This document shows positions 9,309 through 18,083 of a stretch of DNA of 64,000 bases, in pieces (position 1 is the first letter of the stretch; each line of letters starts with the position of its first letter). The translations under genes were made by a program, and so were the position numbers. The notes below the pieces were generated by a model. That model saw only the letters and a program-made list of their open reading frames with translations. It was not told the DNA's origin and did no database searches. The stretch is from assembly GCA_027371535.1 (NCBI GenBank), contig DAHXMV010000002.1:67494-131493 (forward strand), read 5' to 3'. The DNA comes from Candidatus Amesbacteria bacterium (lineage in GTDB: Bacteria > Patescibacteriota > Microgenomatia > CAZETR01 > Amesbacteraceae).

Positions 9309-10807
9309 AGCTGAATGAAATTAAATTTCCAACCCTATTGGGATTATTTGTCGCTGTAGGGGGTTTAATTTCCGGGATCTGGCTGGTGCAGGAACAGGTA
9401 AGGAGGTCTATTTCGGCAGCGGCAGAAGAGACTCCCAAAGAAGTAAAAATATCAAATATTACGGATGCCAGCTATGTAGTATCGTGGCTGACGGATGTAT
9501 CTACCTCGGGTTATGTGCAGTACGGCGAAGCCAGCGGAGATCAGAATATGATTGTGACCGACGACCGGGATCAACAGCAAGGGTCGGTGCAGGATTACTA
9601 TACACACCTAGTGACTGTGAAAGGACTAAAACCGGAGACAAGTTACAAGTTCAAAATCGGGTCGGGAAAAAAGATTTACAGTTTGAACGGAGCGGCTTAT
9701 CAGGTGGCAACCGGTCCGAGAATAGATATCGTGCCACCGGCTGATGTGGCCTACGGACAAGTAGTAAACGGCAATGGTGAGCCGGCTGACGGGTCACTGG
9801 TTTATCTACAGATTCCCGGAGGAGTAATTCAGGCGGTGATGGTGAAAGCTTCCGGTTCCTGGGTAATACCACTGGCGACTATCAGAAGCCAGGATTTAAA
9901 AAGCTTTGTGACTTATGACAAAACAAATACCCAGCTGGACTTAAATGTGGAGGGAGGGGGCAGTTTAGGTAATTCAACTATTGCCGTTTCCGCCAAAGAT
10001 GATAATCCCGTGCCGGAGATAATTTTAGGGCGGAATAACAATTATCTGCAGGCAAATTCAGTCATCAATGCCGGCCAAGAAAGCACGACTTCTTCCAAAA
10101 TGACCGTGCCAACCCCGACAGTACCGACCGACGATATCAATCTGCTGACGCCGAAATTGGGAGAAAAAGTCAATTCGACCAAACCGGAAATAATCGGCAT
10201 AGCCCCGGCGGGAACACGGGTGACAATTGTAATCCACTCCAATAATTCCATAACCGGAAAGGTGACGGCAGATAATGAAGGAAAATTTATCTATACCGTA
10301 CCTACCGACTTACCGCCGGGGGACCATACACTGACGGTTACGGCAGTGATTGACGGGGTATTAAAAACCATCACCAGACAGTTCACGGTCTACGCGGCCG
10401 GAGAGAGCTTTTCTCCTGCTTATTCGGCTACACCGGCAGCCTCACCGACTCTGAGGCCGACTGCAACCCCCAGACCGACAGCAACACCGATTCCAACGGC
10501 AACCCCCAGACCGTCCCCTACACCCACACCGGGCCTCATTGCTATTGCCCAGCCGACGGCGACACCGGTTCCAATCATCACCACAAAACCGACACCGACG
10601 ATCAAACCTACAGCCACACCGGTGCCGACAGCTACTCCCAAACCGACTGCTACTCCAAGACCAACATCCACACCCAGGCCCACTCCCCTGCCAACCCCGG
10701 TGACTTCAATGCCGGTTTCCGGGAACGGCGACCAAACACTGTGGTGGCTGGTGATAGGCTTATTCATGACCGGATCCGGATGGTGGTGGTACCGGAAAGT
10801 GATTTAA
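9305..10807 (+). CDS. Surface protein: FN3-like and Ig-like domains, Pro/Thr stalk, LPXTG-like C-terminal anchor
   Basis: ISNITDASYVVSWLT ... GLKPETSYKF (FN3-like); PEIIGIAPAG ... LPPGDHTLTV (Ig-like); PTATP repeats; MPVSG plus hydrophobic segment plus RK tail. Confidence 0.8.
   Translation: MKLNEIKFPTLLGLFVAVGGLISGIWLVQEQVRRSISAAAEETPKEVKISNITDASYVVSWLTDVSTSGYVQYGEASGDQNMIVTDDRDQQQGSVQDYYTHLVTVKGLKPETSYKFKIGSGKKIYSLNGAAYQVATGPRIDIVPPADVAYGQVVNGNGEPADGSLVYLQIPGGVIQAVMVKASGSWVIPLATIRSQDLKSFVTYDKTNTQLDLNVEGGGSLGNSTIAVSAKDDNPVPEIILGRNNNYLQANSVINAGQESTTSSKMTVPTPTVPTDDINLLTPKLGEKVNSTKPEIIGIAPAGTRVTIVIHSNNSITGKVTADNEGKFIYTVPTDLPPGDHTLTVTAVIDGVLKTITRQFTVYAAGESFSPAYSATPAASPTLRPTATPRPTATPIPTATPRPSPTPTPGLIAIAQPTATPVPIITTKPTPTIKPTATPVPTATPKPTATPRPTSTPRPTPLPTPVTSMPVSGNGDQTLWWLVIGLFMTGSGWWWYRKVI
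10425..10705 (+). repeat. Degenerate 18-nt (PTATP[RIKV]) coding tandem repeat
   Basis: PTATPRPTATPIPTATPRPSPTPTP ... PTATPVPTATPKPTATPRPTSTPRPTP, with synonymous divergence between units. Confidence 0.85.
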
Positions 10808-10822
10808 GTTAAAATCTGGCGA

Positions 10823-11398
10823 GTGAGGACGAGGAAGATAATAAGAATAGGGGTGGATTTTGACGGTGTGGTGGCATATAACCCTTTCAGAATAGTCAGA
10901 GCTCCGATCGCCTGGTTTAAACGGGAAGTATTGGGAATTAAAAAAATCAGTTTTATGAAACCCAGCCAGTGGTGGAAAAGAAGCCTATTGGCAATTTACC
11001 ATAAAGGCAGCATTTTACCGGCCAACGGGGTGAGCACTCTGATCAGCCTGGCCCAGGATAAGAAATATGATTTTTTTCTGATCACGGCCAGATACAGGGA
11101 ATACGAAAAAGACCTGGACAACTGGCTTGATAAATATAAATTAAAACCGGTATTTTCCGAAATCAAAACCAATATCCACAATGAACAACCCCATTTGTTC
11201 AAAGAAAAATTAATTAATGAGCTGGCTTTAGACTATTTCATAGAAGATAATCTGGACATTGCCCAATATCTGGCGGAGAGATCAAAGGCAAAAATTCTAT
11301 GGATAAAAAATATTTTTGATGAACACGTTAATTTCGGGGAAAAATATGCTTATTTAAAGGAAGCCCTGGAAAAGATAGTTGATGAAAATTCTCATTAG
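10823..11398 (+). CDS. HAD-superfamily phosphatase (5'(3')-nucleotidase-like)
   Basis: Motif I GVDFDGVV, motif II LITAR, motif IV FIEDN; GTG lies 7 nt after TAAAAT. Confidence 0.8.
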   Translation: MRTRKIIRIGVDFDGVVAYNPFRIVRAPIAWFKREVLGIKKISFMKPSQWWKRSLLAIYHKGSILPANGVSTLISLAQDKKYDFFLITARYREYEKDLDNWLDKYKLKPVFSEIKTNIHNEQPHLFKEKLINELALDYFIEDNLDIAQYLAERSKAKILWIKNIFDEHVNFGEKYAYLKEALEKIVDENSH

Positions 11399-12524
11399 CC
11401 TGACATATTATTCCCCATACATATCAGGATTAACCAGGACGGCGCAGACAATTGCCGAAGGATTGGCACAAAAAGGTCATCAGGTAACAATTTTGTGCAT
11501 AAAGCACGATCATAAACTGAGCAATACGGAAGTATTAAACGGGGTGAGGATTATCAGAGCCAGACCGATGATGAAAATAAGCAAGGGTTTTTTATCAGGG
11601 GATTTCTTGCTAAAGACGCTTAAGGAGGTTAAGAAAACTGACGCAGTGCTGATTAATCTGCCCCAGCCTGAAGGCTGCTGGGTGGCCTGGTGGGCCAAAT
11701 TAAGACGAAAACAGGTAACAGCACTTTATCAATGCGATGTGGTTCTTCCAGGAGGCATTTTCCATAAGTATATCCAGGAGCTGGCTGATTTATTGAACGG
11801 GGTCACCTTACGGTTGGCCGACAAGATAATTGTGGGGACGCAGGACTATGCCGAGCATTCAAGACTGGTGAAGCACTATTTGAATAAAACAGAAGGCGTA
11901 TTATTTCCGATTGAGGAAATATCCCGCCAGCCAAAAAAAGCCAGTCCGAAGTTATTTAAATTTAAAAAGGGAGACAAAAAAATACTTGCGGGTCTGGCCG
12001 GCAGAATGGCGGCTGAAAAAGGCATTGAATATGCAATTGAAGCAGTCAGTCTGTTTAATAATACAAATCCCGAAAAAAAGGCAAAATTATTAATAGCCGG
12101 TCCTCCAAATCCGGTAGGAGAAGAAATTTACAGACAGAAAATTTTGGGACTGGTCAAGATGCATAAAGATGACGTAATAATGCTGGGGCAACTGAAAGAC
12201 TGGGAGATGCAACATTTTTACCGCATTTTAGACATGCTTTTATTGCCTTCCCTAAACCTGACCGAATCATTAGGAATTGTCCAGGTGGAAGCGATGAGGG
12301 AAGGCGTACCGGCCATTGTCAGCGACCTGCCGGGGGTGAGGGTACCGGTGCAACTGACAGGGATGGGGATAATTACACCACCAGCCGATTCAAAAAGCCT
12401 AAGCCAAGCCATGGCCGAGATAGTTAATCATAAGGATAAATACCAACACCGGGAAACCGCCAGGAAGATGTTTGATTACCAGACAGCGCTTAACATTTAT
12501 GAAGCTATCATACTTTCTAAATGA
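11382..12524 (+). CDS. Glycosyltransferase family 4
   Basis: YYSPYISG, GRMAAEKG, ESLGIVQVEAMREGVPAIVSDLPG (EX7E). Confidence 0.92.
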   Translation: MKILISLTYYSPYISGLTRTAQTIAEGLAQKGHQVTILCIKHDHKLSNTEVLNGVRIIRARPMMKISKGFLSGDFLLKTLKEVKKTDAVLINLPQPEGCWVAWWAKLRRKQVTALYQCDVVLPGGIFHKYIQELADLLNGVTLRLADKIIVGTQDYAEHSRLVKHYLNKTEGVLFPIEEISRQPKKASPKLFKFKKGDKKILAGLAGRMAAEKGIEYAIEAVSLFNNTNPEKKAKLLIAGPPNPVGEEIYRQKILGLVKMHKDDVIMLGQLKDWEMQHFYRILDMLLLPSLNLTESLGIVQVEAMREGVPAIVSDLPGVRVPVQLTGMGIITPPADSKSLSQAMAEIVNHKDKYQHRETARKMFDYQTALNIYEAIILSK

Positions 12525-13257
12525 ATATTTAAAAGAAAGGCCATTATTCCTGTCTTTAATCAGGGCCAAGGAGGCCTGGCTCTTTCAAAAATACCTGCCT
12601 ATCAACCATCCGTCAGTGGATGTGGGCTGCGGAGACGGTTTTTTTGCAAATTTAGCTTTCGGGAGAATAGATACCGGTATTGATTTGCCAAGCAGCAGAA
12701 TAAATGAGGCCGGATCCAAAAAGGTATATAGAGAGCTGTTAGTTTTTGACGGCCGGAGAATCCCCATTAAAAGCAACTCGACGGCTACCTGTATATCCAA
12801 TTGCGTGATGGAACACGTGGAAGACCCGGGTGAATTGATAAAGGAAATTTTCAGAATTACCAAGCCGGGGGGCAGATTTTTTGTTACCGTAATGGCCAAA
12901 CCGTGGGAAGATAATTTGATCGGCGGAAAAATTTTGGGAAAAACCTACCGAAATTGGCTGAGAAAAATACAGGTGCATCTGAACCTTCTGACGGAAGCAG
13001 AATGGAGCCGGAGATTTAAGCGACAGGGCTGGATTATCAGCGGAAAAACCGGGTATTTGTCGCCAAGAGCGGCAAATTTGATCGAAATTGCCCATTATTT
13101 ATCCTTACCAAGCCTGATAAGTTATAAATTAACCAAAAAATGGGCTTTAGTTCCAGGAATAAACCTGCTACCAGTCAAACATCTGGCCGGGATAATGGGG
13201 AAAAATGTCAAACCCGAAACCAGCGGAGCCATTTTATATGTATTACAAAAGCCTTAA
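12499..13257 (+). CDS. Class I SAM-dependent methyltransferase
   Basis: VDVGCGDG, SNCVMEHVED, IFRITKPGGRF. Confidence 0.9.
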   Translation: MKLSYFLNEYLKERPLFLSLIRAKEAWLFQKYLPINHPSVDVGCGDGFFANLAFGRIDTGIDLPSSRINEAGSKKVYRELLVFDGRRIPIKSNSTATCISNCVMEHVEDPGELIKEIFRITKPGGRFFVTVMAKPWEDNLIGGKILGKTYRNWLRKIQVHLNLLTEAEWSRRFKRQGWIISGKTGYLSPRAANLIEIAHYLSLPSLISYKLTKKWALVPGINLLPVKHLAGIMGKNVKPETSGAILYVLQKP

Positions 13258-14758
13258 AAAACATTTATTGTGGATAATAATACTTGGATACTGGGCAATT
13301 TGCCTGTGGCAAATAGATAAAATTCCGGGGGAATGGTACGGAGATATTTCCATTGAGCATGATTATGTACAAACAATCCTTGAGGGTCATTGGCCATGGT
13401 TTTGGGTACTGTCTGCGGGGCCTGTCTTCCATTATCTGATAACACTAATTATCCGGCTTTTAGGCCCGGCATACTCCAGCTTTAAAATTGCATCCATACT
13501 TACCGGGACAGCAGGACTTTTGGGAATCTACTGGCTGGGGAAAAGACTGGGTGATGAAAGAACCGGGTTGTGGGGAGCCGGTATGGCCGCGGTGTCCCTG
13601 GTATATATGATTTTTTCCAGACTGGGGAGTTCACCGCAAATGCTGGTTCCGGTCCTGTCGGTTTTGACAGTTTACGAGACTCTGAAATATCTGGATAAAC
13701 GGAATTTTACAGACCTATTAGCCATAACGGGGCTAATTTTGGCGGGGCTATTCACCTACCCTGCCAGCTGGCTGATTCCGGGAGCAGTAATTTATACTTC
13801 TATCGTCCGGAGTTGGGGACGAAATCTACGGCAACTATTAAAACCGGCAATAATATTGCTGCTTTTTTGCTTACCCATGGTGATCTGGTGGTGGCGGTCA
13901 CTAAACCCCACCGGAAGAAATTTCAGCAACGGTTATATCGGGACCAAGGTAACAGGCTTTGATTTTTCGACTCTTTTACCGGTACTTTTAAATAATACCG
14001 GAAAAGCCCTGGGGATGTTTTGGATCAAGGGAGATATAAGTTTTCGAACCAACCTGTCAAAACAGCCCGTATTTGATCCGATATCCGGTATATTATTTAT
14101 TCTGGGAATCGGGTACTGGATAAAAAAAGGAAAAAAATTCCGGTATCTGGCCGGGCCGCTGCTGATATTTCTGCTACCTTCAATTTCCCCGGGAATCCCG
14201 GGTATCGAAATTCCAAGCAATTCCAGATCCCTGGGAGCCATGCCCTTTGCCTACCTGGTAGCCGGAGGAGGAGCAGTATGGTTAGGGGATCTGATAAAAA
14301 AAGAGTTCAGGAAGGAATTGTTTTGGGCGGGGTTGCTGGTGGTCGTGGCGGTGATTAATTGCCGCTTGTATTTTACCGATTATGCAAACGGCCTACCAAA
14401 TCACAATACGCCTTTTGGAAAAATAATTGCCGGGTTTATTGATAAACAACCGAAACAGATGCCGGTGTATATGACAGCTTACGGGTGGGGAGAATGGCAG
14501 CAGCCGGAACCCAAAGGGGTCTATTATGCCCTTAAAAAACCCGATGGCCGGGAAAATCTCTTAGGTCCTGCCGTGGTCAACTGCGGCCAGATTACGACTC
14601 AAAACGGGGCAGTCATCATTTTTAATCCGGGAGATATACAGACGATAAAGTATTTTAATTTATGTTTCCCGGGAAGCCAAAGGGCGATATTTATCAGTGA
14701 CCGCGGAATACGGGTGTTCTATTGGATGAAAGTGACCCCCGGATCAGAAGTTTTTTGA
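13238..14758 (+). CDS. GT-C fold glycosyltransferase (ArnT/PMT-like)
   Basis: Multi-TM; acidic first loop PGEWYGDI; start codon uncertain (13205 or 13238). Confidence 0.7.
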   Translation: MYYKSLKKHLLWIIILGYWAICLWQIDKIPGEWYGDISIEHDYVQTILEGHWPWFWVLSAGPVFHYLITLIIRLLGPAYSSFKIASILTGTAGLLGIYWLGKRLGDERTGLWGAGMAAVSLVYMIFSRLGSSPQMLVPVLSVLTVYETLKYLDKRNFTDLLAITGLILAGLFTYPASWLIPGAVIYTSIVRSWGRNLRQLLKPAIILLLFCLPMVIWWWRSLNPTGRNFSNGYIGTKVTGFDFSTLLPVLLNNTGKALGMFWIKGDISFRTNLSKQPVFDPISGILFILGIGYWIKKGKKFRYLAGPLLIFLLPSISPGIPGIEIPSNSRSLGAMPFAYLVAGGGAVWLGDLIKKEFRKELFWAGLLVVVAVINCRLYFTDYANGLPNHNTPFGKIIAGFIDKQPKQMPVYMTAYGWGEWQQPEPKGVYYALKKPDGRENLLGPAVVNCGQITTQNGAVIIFNPGDIQTIKYFNLCFPGSQRAIFISDRGIRVFYWMKVTPGSEVF

Positions 14759-16449
14759 AAAATTAGAACCTTGGGGTGGTCATAGACTGTAAATGATTCG
14801 TCCGCGTAGTCGTCGACAAAACTGATACCTGTCAACGGGCAATCCTGTAAACTGAAGGCCGCCCGGCCGTAGCTAATAAAGGGCGGGGTGATGCAAAAAC
14901 GCAAGCCCGGGACGGGCAGGTTGGGACGGGAGGTAAACTGGGCCACGAGTTTAAAGCCTAATTTGCCGGAAAATAAATCACGATAAAATGAGGTTGTGTC
15001 AGGATATTTAGATGAATCTGACATAATGGAACCGTAGAGACGATTGGAGGACAAAATTAGATAATCGGCCCGGGCCAGTACCCTTTGAATTTCGGCCCAT
15101 TTTGAAAGGCTTTCCGGGTCATAGAGATGCAGGCTTAAAACCTGATATTTTTCGGCGCCGCTTAACGGCAAACAATCATCCCAATATTCGCAGGTGAGGG
15201 TACTGCCAGAAGGGATGTGCTGATTTATCCAGTCAGTGGCCTGAATCCGGGTGACGGGCCGGGTATAAATACTGATAAAAGCCACGGGCCAGTAAATAAG
15301 CAATAATAATATCCCGAATTTAATATAGATATGACGTAATAACAGCCAGCAGCGGGAGAGAAACAGACCGGAAATAACAGCAATGAAAGGATAGGCGGGA
15401 TAAAAATAGCGTAAGGGCTTGGTAAACTGAAGGGACTGATAAAAGAACAAACCCCAAATCCAGATTAATACCAATAAGACTCCGGGGTATTTGGAACGAT
15501 AATAAAAAGCATAAACAGAAGCCGCCAGAGCCAAAACAGCCAGGACCGGACCTAAACCCCAGTAGAAGAGATTTTCAAAAGAAAACCAGACCGGGGTATT
15601 GATCCACTGGACAGAAGGCGGATACCAACCACTGGAGTCTTCATAAGACCTAAGAGTTTTCAAACCAGAGATAAAATCGGGATTGGGGGTAAAAATTCCG
15701 GTAAAAGCATAGGGCTGAAAAATTCTAAAAGTTAAAAATGCGGAAACCAGAAACAGAAAGCCAAGAATAAACAACTGTTTAATCTGAAATTTACAACGCA
15801 GCATAAACCAAAAACCCAAAATAATTACCGGTAAGAATAAAACGGCGGAAATTTTGGCTGACAAAGCCAAACCGTAAGCCAAACCAAGAGATATGGACAT
15901 CTGGAGTTCTGAAGCCGGTGATGAAGAGCTTAAAAGCAACAACAACAAAAAGAAACTCAAAGTATTAAAAAAAACCAAAAAGGGATCTACGGCAAAAAAA
16001 TGGGCCAGCTGAATGGGCAATACGCTTACCGCATATAATAAAGCGGAAAACAGGCCGGCCCGACCGGATTTAGACACATGGCGGGAAATCAGAAAAACCA
16101 GAATGATGGTGAGACTATCCAAAAGGGCGGAAACATACCGGCCCACCACTGTGAAGCCATTATAATCCGCCAGGTGCAGCAACTGGGCAAAGGCCTTGAC
16201 CGTAAACAGAGGCAAAGTACCATAGACATAAAACTGATAACCGGCGTTATGTGGATTCAAGGGGGATTGAGCGGTGGAAAAATATCCGGCCAGACTGAGC
16301 GGCCAATTAACCGATCCTGCAACCATGGTGAGAAATCTTTCATCGGGATGAAGATGCTGGCCGGAGTCCCAATTTAAATTGTAAAAACGGAAAGATATTC
16401 CCAAAACAAGGATAACAACCAATAACCACAGGCCGGTGCGAGATTTCAT
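14719..16449 (-). CDS. GT-C fold glycosyltransferase (family 39/PMT-like)
   Basis: RFYNLNWDSGQHLHPDERFL (DE motif), YGTLP, GRYVSAL, QLAHFFAVD, DESFTVYDHPKV. Confidence 0.85.
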   Translation of the reverse strand: MKSRTGLWLLVVILVLGISFRFYNLNWDSGQHLHPDERFLTMVAGSVNWPLSLAGYFSTAQSPLNPHNAGYQFYVYGTLPLFTVKAFAQLLHLADYNGFTVVGRYVSALLDSLTIILVFLISRHVSKSGRAGLFSALLYAVSVLPIQLAHFFAVDPFLVFFNTLSFFLLLLLLSSSSPASELQMSISLGLAYGLALSAKISAVLFLPVIILGFWFMLRCKFQIKQLFILGFLFLVSAFLTFRIFQPYAFTGIFTPNPDFISGLKTLRSYEDSSGWYPPSVQWINTPVWFSFENLFYWGLGPVLAVLALAASVYAFYYRSKYPGVLLVLIWIWGLFFYQSLQFTKPLRYFYPAYPFIAVISGLFLSRCWLLLRHIYIKFGILLLLIYWPVAFISIYTRPVTRIQATDWINQHIPSGSTLTCEYWDDCLPLSGAEKYQVLSLHLYDPESLSKWAEIQRVLARADYLILSSNRLYGSIMSDSSKYPDTTSFYRDLFSGKLGFKLVAQFTSRPNLPVPGLRFCITPPFISYGRAAFSLQDCPLTGISFVDDYADESFTVYDHPKVLIFQKTSDPGVTFIQ

Positions 16450-18059
16450 AAGGATTGACAGCTGCGGTTAACAGAATAGACAGACAGGCCGGATGCGGGA
16501 TCGTCATACACCCGGGTAAACGCGGATTGCCAAAAACCGAAGTCGGGCTGCAAAAAGCTTTCGTGACGGGGGCTTAATTCCACATAAGAAATGTGGTTGG
16601 CAACCAGCAAACGGCAAGCCGCCAACTTTGACCGCGAGGCATAGATGGCGATAGTGGTATTTTCCCGGCCGGACTGATCATAGCCATATGACCAGGTAAA
16701 ATATGAATAACCGTTAAAAACCGGACGCCCTGCCAACGAGGCAGGATGATAAAGCCAGGTACTATTCAAAATTACGGCATCGGGAGGGGTGTGGCCGGCA
16801 AAAAAAGCCGCGTCCGGGTTACCAGCCACGTCGGATATTCGAACATAATAGTCATTCTTAACCGGAAAAAAGTCCACTACTCCGCCTGAGATCAGAATAA
16901 GGCATAGTAAAACCGAGACGGTTTTACCAAGCCTGCCAAGCCGCCAAATGCGGGACAGGGTAAAAGCACTAAGCGGGGAACCGATGATCAAAAAGAAATT
17001 AAAGATTTTGTGATTGTTGATCATGTCCGGCGAAAAACGCAGCAGGTTCGGAGTAATGAATAGGAGTAACAAAGGTAACAATAAAATCCGGCGGATTCTC
17101 CGGGGAGCCAAAAACAGACCGGCGGGAATAAGGAAGAGATGCAAACCAAGATTCAAAAACCAAAACCTGACAAAAGAAAAAACAGTCAGGGGACCGGAAA
17201 TCAGGTAACCAGGCTGAAAACCAATCTGCGGCGAGAGGTTTAAGAGCAACCGGGAAAGAAAGTACCAGGGCAAAAAACCCATGGCAGAGAAGACGAGTGG
17301 CAAACGCAAATGTTTTTCGATGATAAACATCCAACCGATGATAATCAGGGCCGGCAGGATGGCCGCCTGGTTAAGAAACAGGAGAGATCCGAGCATAAAA
17401 CCAATAAAAGGTAATAACTTGCGGGCGGGAAAGACCAGAATAATAAAGATGAGCAAGACAAGGGCAAAGGACAAACCCAGATGGCGCTGGTTAGTGTAGA
17501 TATTTAAATTCCAAAAGGCAGTAACCGGACTGCCGTTCCAGGGACCAAAAGAGACAAAGTTTTCCAGATGGATTAACCGGTCTAGCAGACGGAAGGAAAA
17601 GGGAGTGTTTTTAATAAAATCCACAACCGAAAGAGAGCCGTTAAACAAAAAGAACAAAAGAGATAAAAGGCCGACAGACAGTGAAGAAAACAGCCGGGCC
17701 GCAAAGATTAATATCAGCAGGCAAAGACATAAAAATCCCAAGGCACTGAGGAGATTCAAAGCCAGGTCAATTCTTAGACCGGACTTTTCCAGAAGGCCGG
17801 TAAAAGCATAGAACAAGAAATGATAGCGGATCTTTTCGCCGGGATAGAGAGGGTATTGGGGAGGCCAATTGACACCAACAGAAAACGACCGAATCAAGGG
17901 GATATGACTGGCAAAGTCGCTATAAACTTTGGAAGCAATTAACAATTGATGCGACCGGTTGTCATAACCGAAGGTGTGAAACATAAGCCAGAAGGAGAAA
18001 AAGGCGACAAAGGCCAAGACCAAGATTAAAACCAGCGATTGTCTGAAGTGTGTTGTCAC
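16446..18059 (-). CDS. Polytopic membrane protein, probable GT-C glycosyltransferase
   Basis: YSDFASHIPLIRSF, YHFLF, many TM helices, soluble C-terminal domain HPASLAGR; GTG lies 7 nt after TATAAT. Confidence 0.65.
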   Translation of the reverse strand: MTTHFRQSLVLILVLAFVAFFSFWLMFHTFGYDNRSHQLLIASKVYSDFASHIPLIRSFSVGVNWPPQYPLYPGEKIRYHFLFYAFTGLLEKSGLRIDLALNLLSALGFLCLCLLILIFAARLFSSLSVGLLSLLFFLFNGSLSVVDFIKNTPFSFRLLDRLIHLENFVSFGPWNGSPVTAFWNLNIYTNQRHLGLSFALVLLIFIILVFPARKLLPFIGFMLGSLLFLNQAAILPALIIIGWMFIIEKHLRLPLVFSAMGFLPWYFLSRLLLNLSPQIGFQPGYLISGPLTVFSFVRFWFLNLGLHLFLIPAGLFLAPRRIRRILLLPLLLLFITPNLLRFSPDMINNHKIFNFFLIIGSPLSAFTLSRIWRLGRLGKTVSVLLCLILISGGVVDFFPVKNDYYVRISDVAGNPDAAFFAGHTPPDAVILNSTWLYHPASLAGRPVFNGYSYFTWSYGYDQSGRENTTIAIYASRSKLAACRLLVANHISYVELSPRHESFLQPDFGFWQSAFTRVYDDPASGLSVYSVNRSCQSL

Positions 18060-18083
18060 GCGACTAATTATATAATGTCTGGC

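Noticed and set aside
10425-10705. Repeat array considered as CRISPR or a diversity-generating element
   Set aside because: Units are 18-nt codon-phase repeats with synonymous variation and no spacers; no cas or reverse transcriptase gene in the window.
10420-10767. Minus-strand Gly/Val-rich ORF (GVAVG repeats)
   Set aside because: Mirror image of the PTATP repeat of the surface protein on the + strand.
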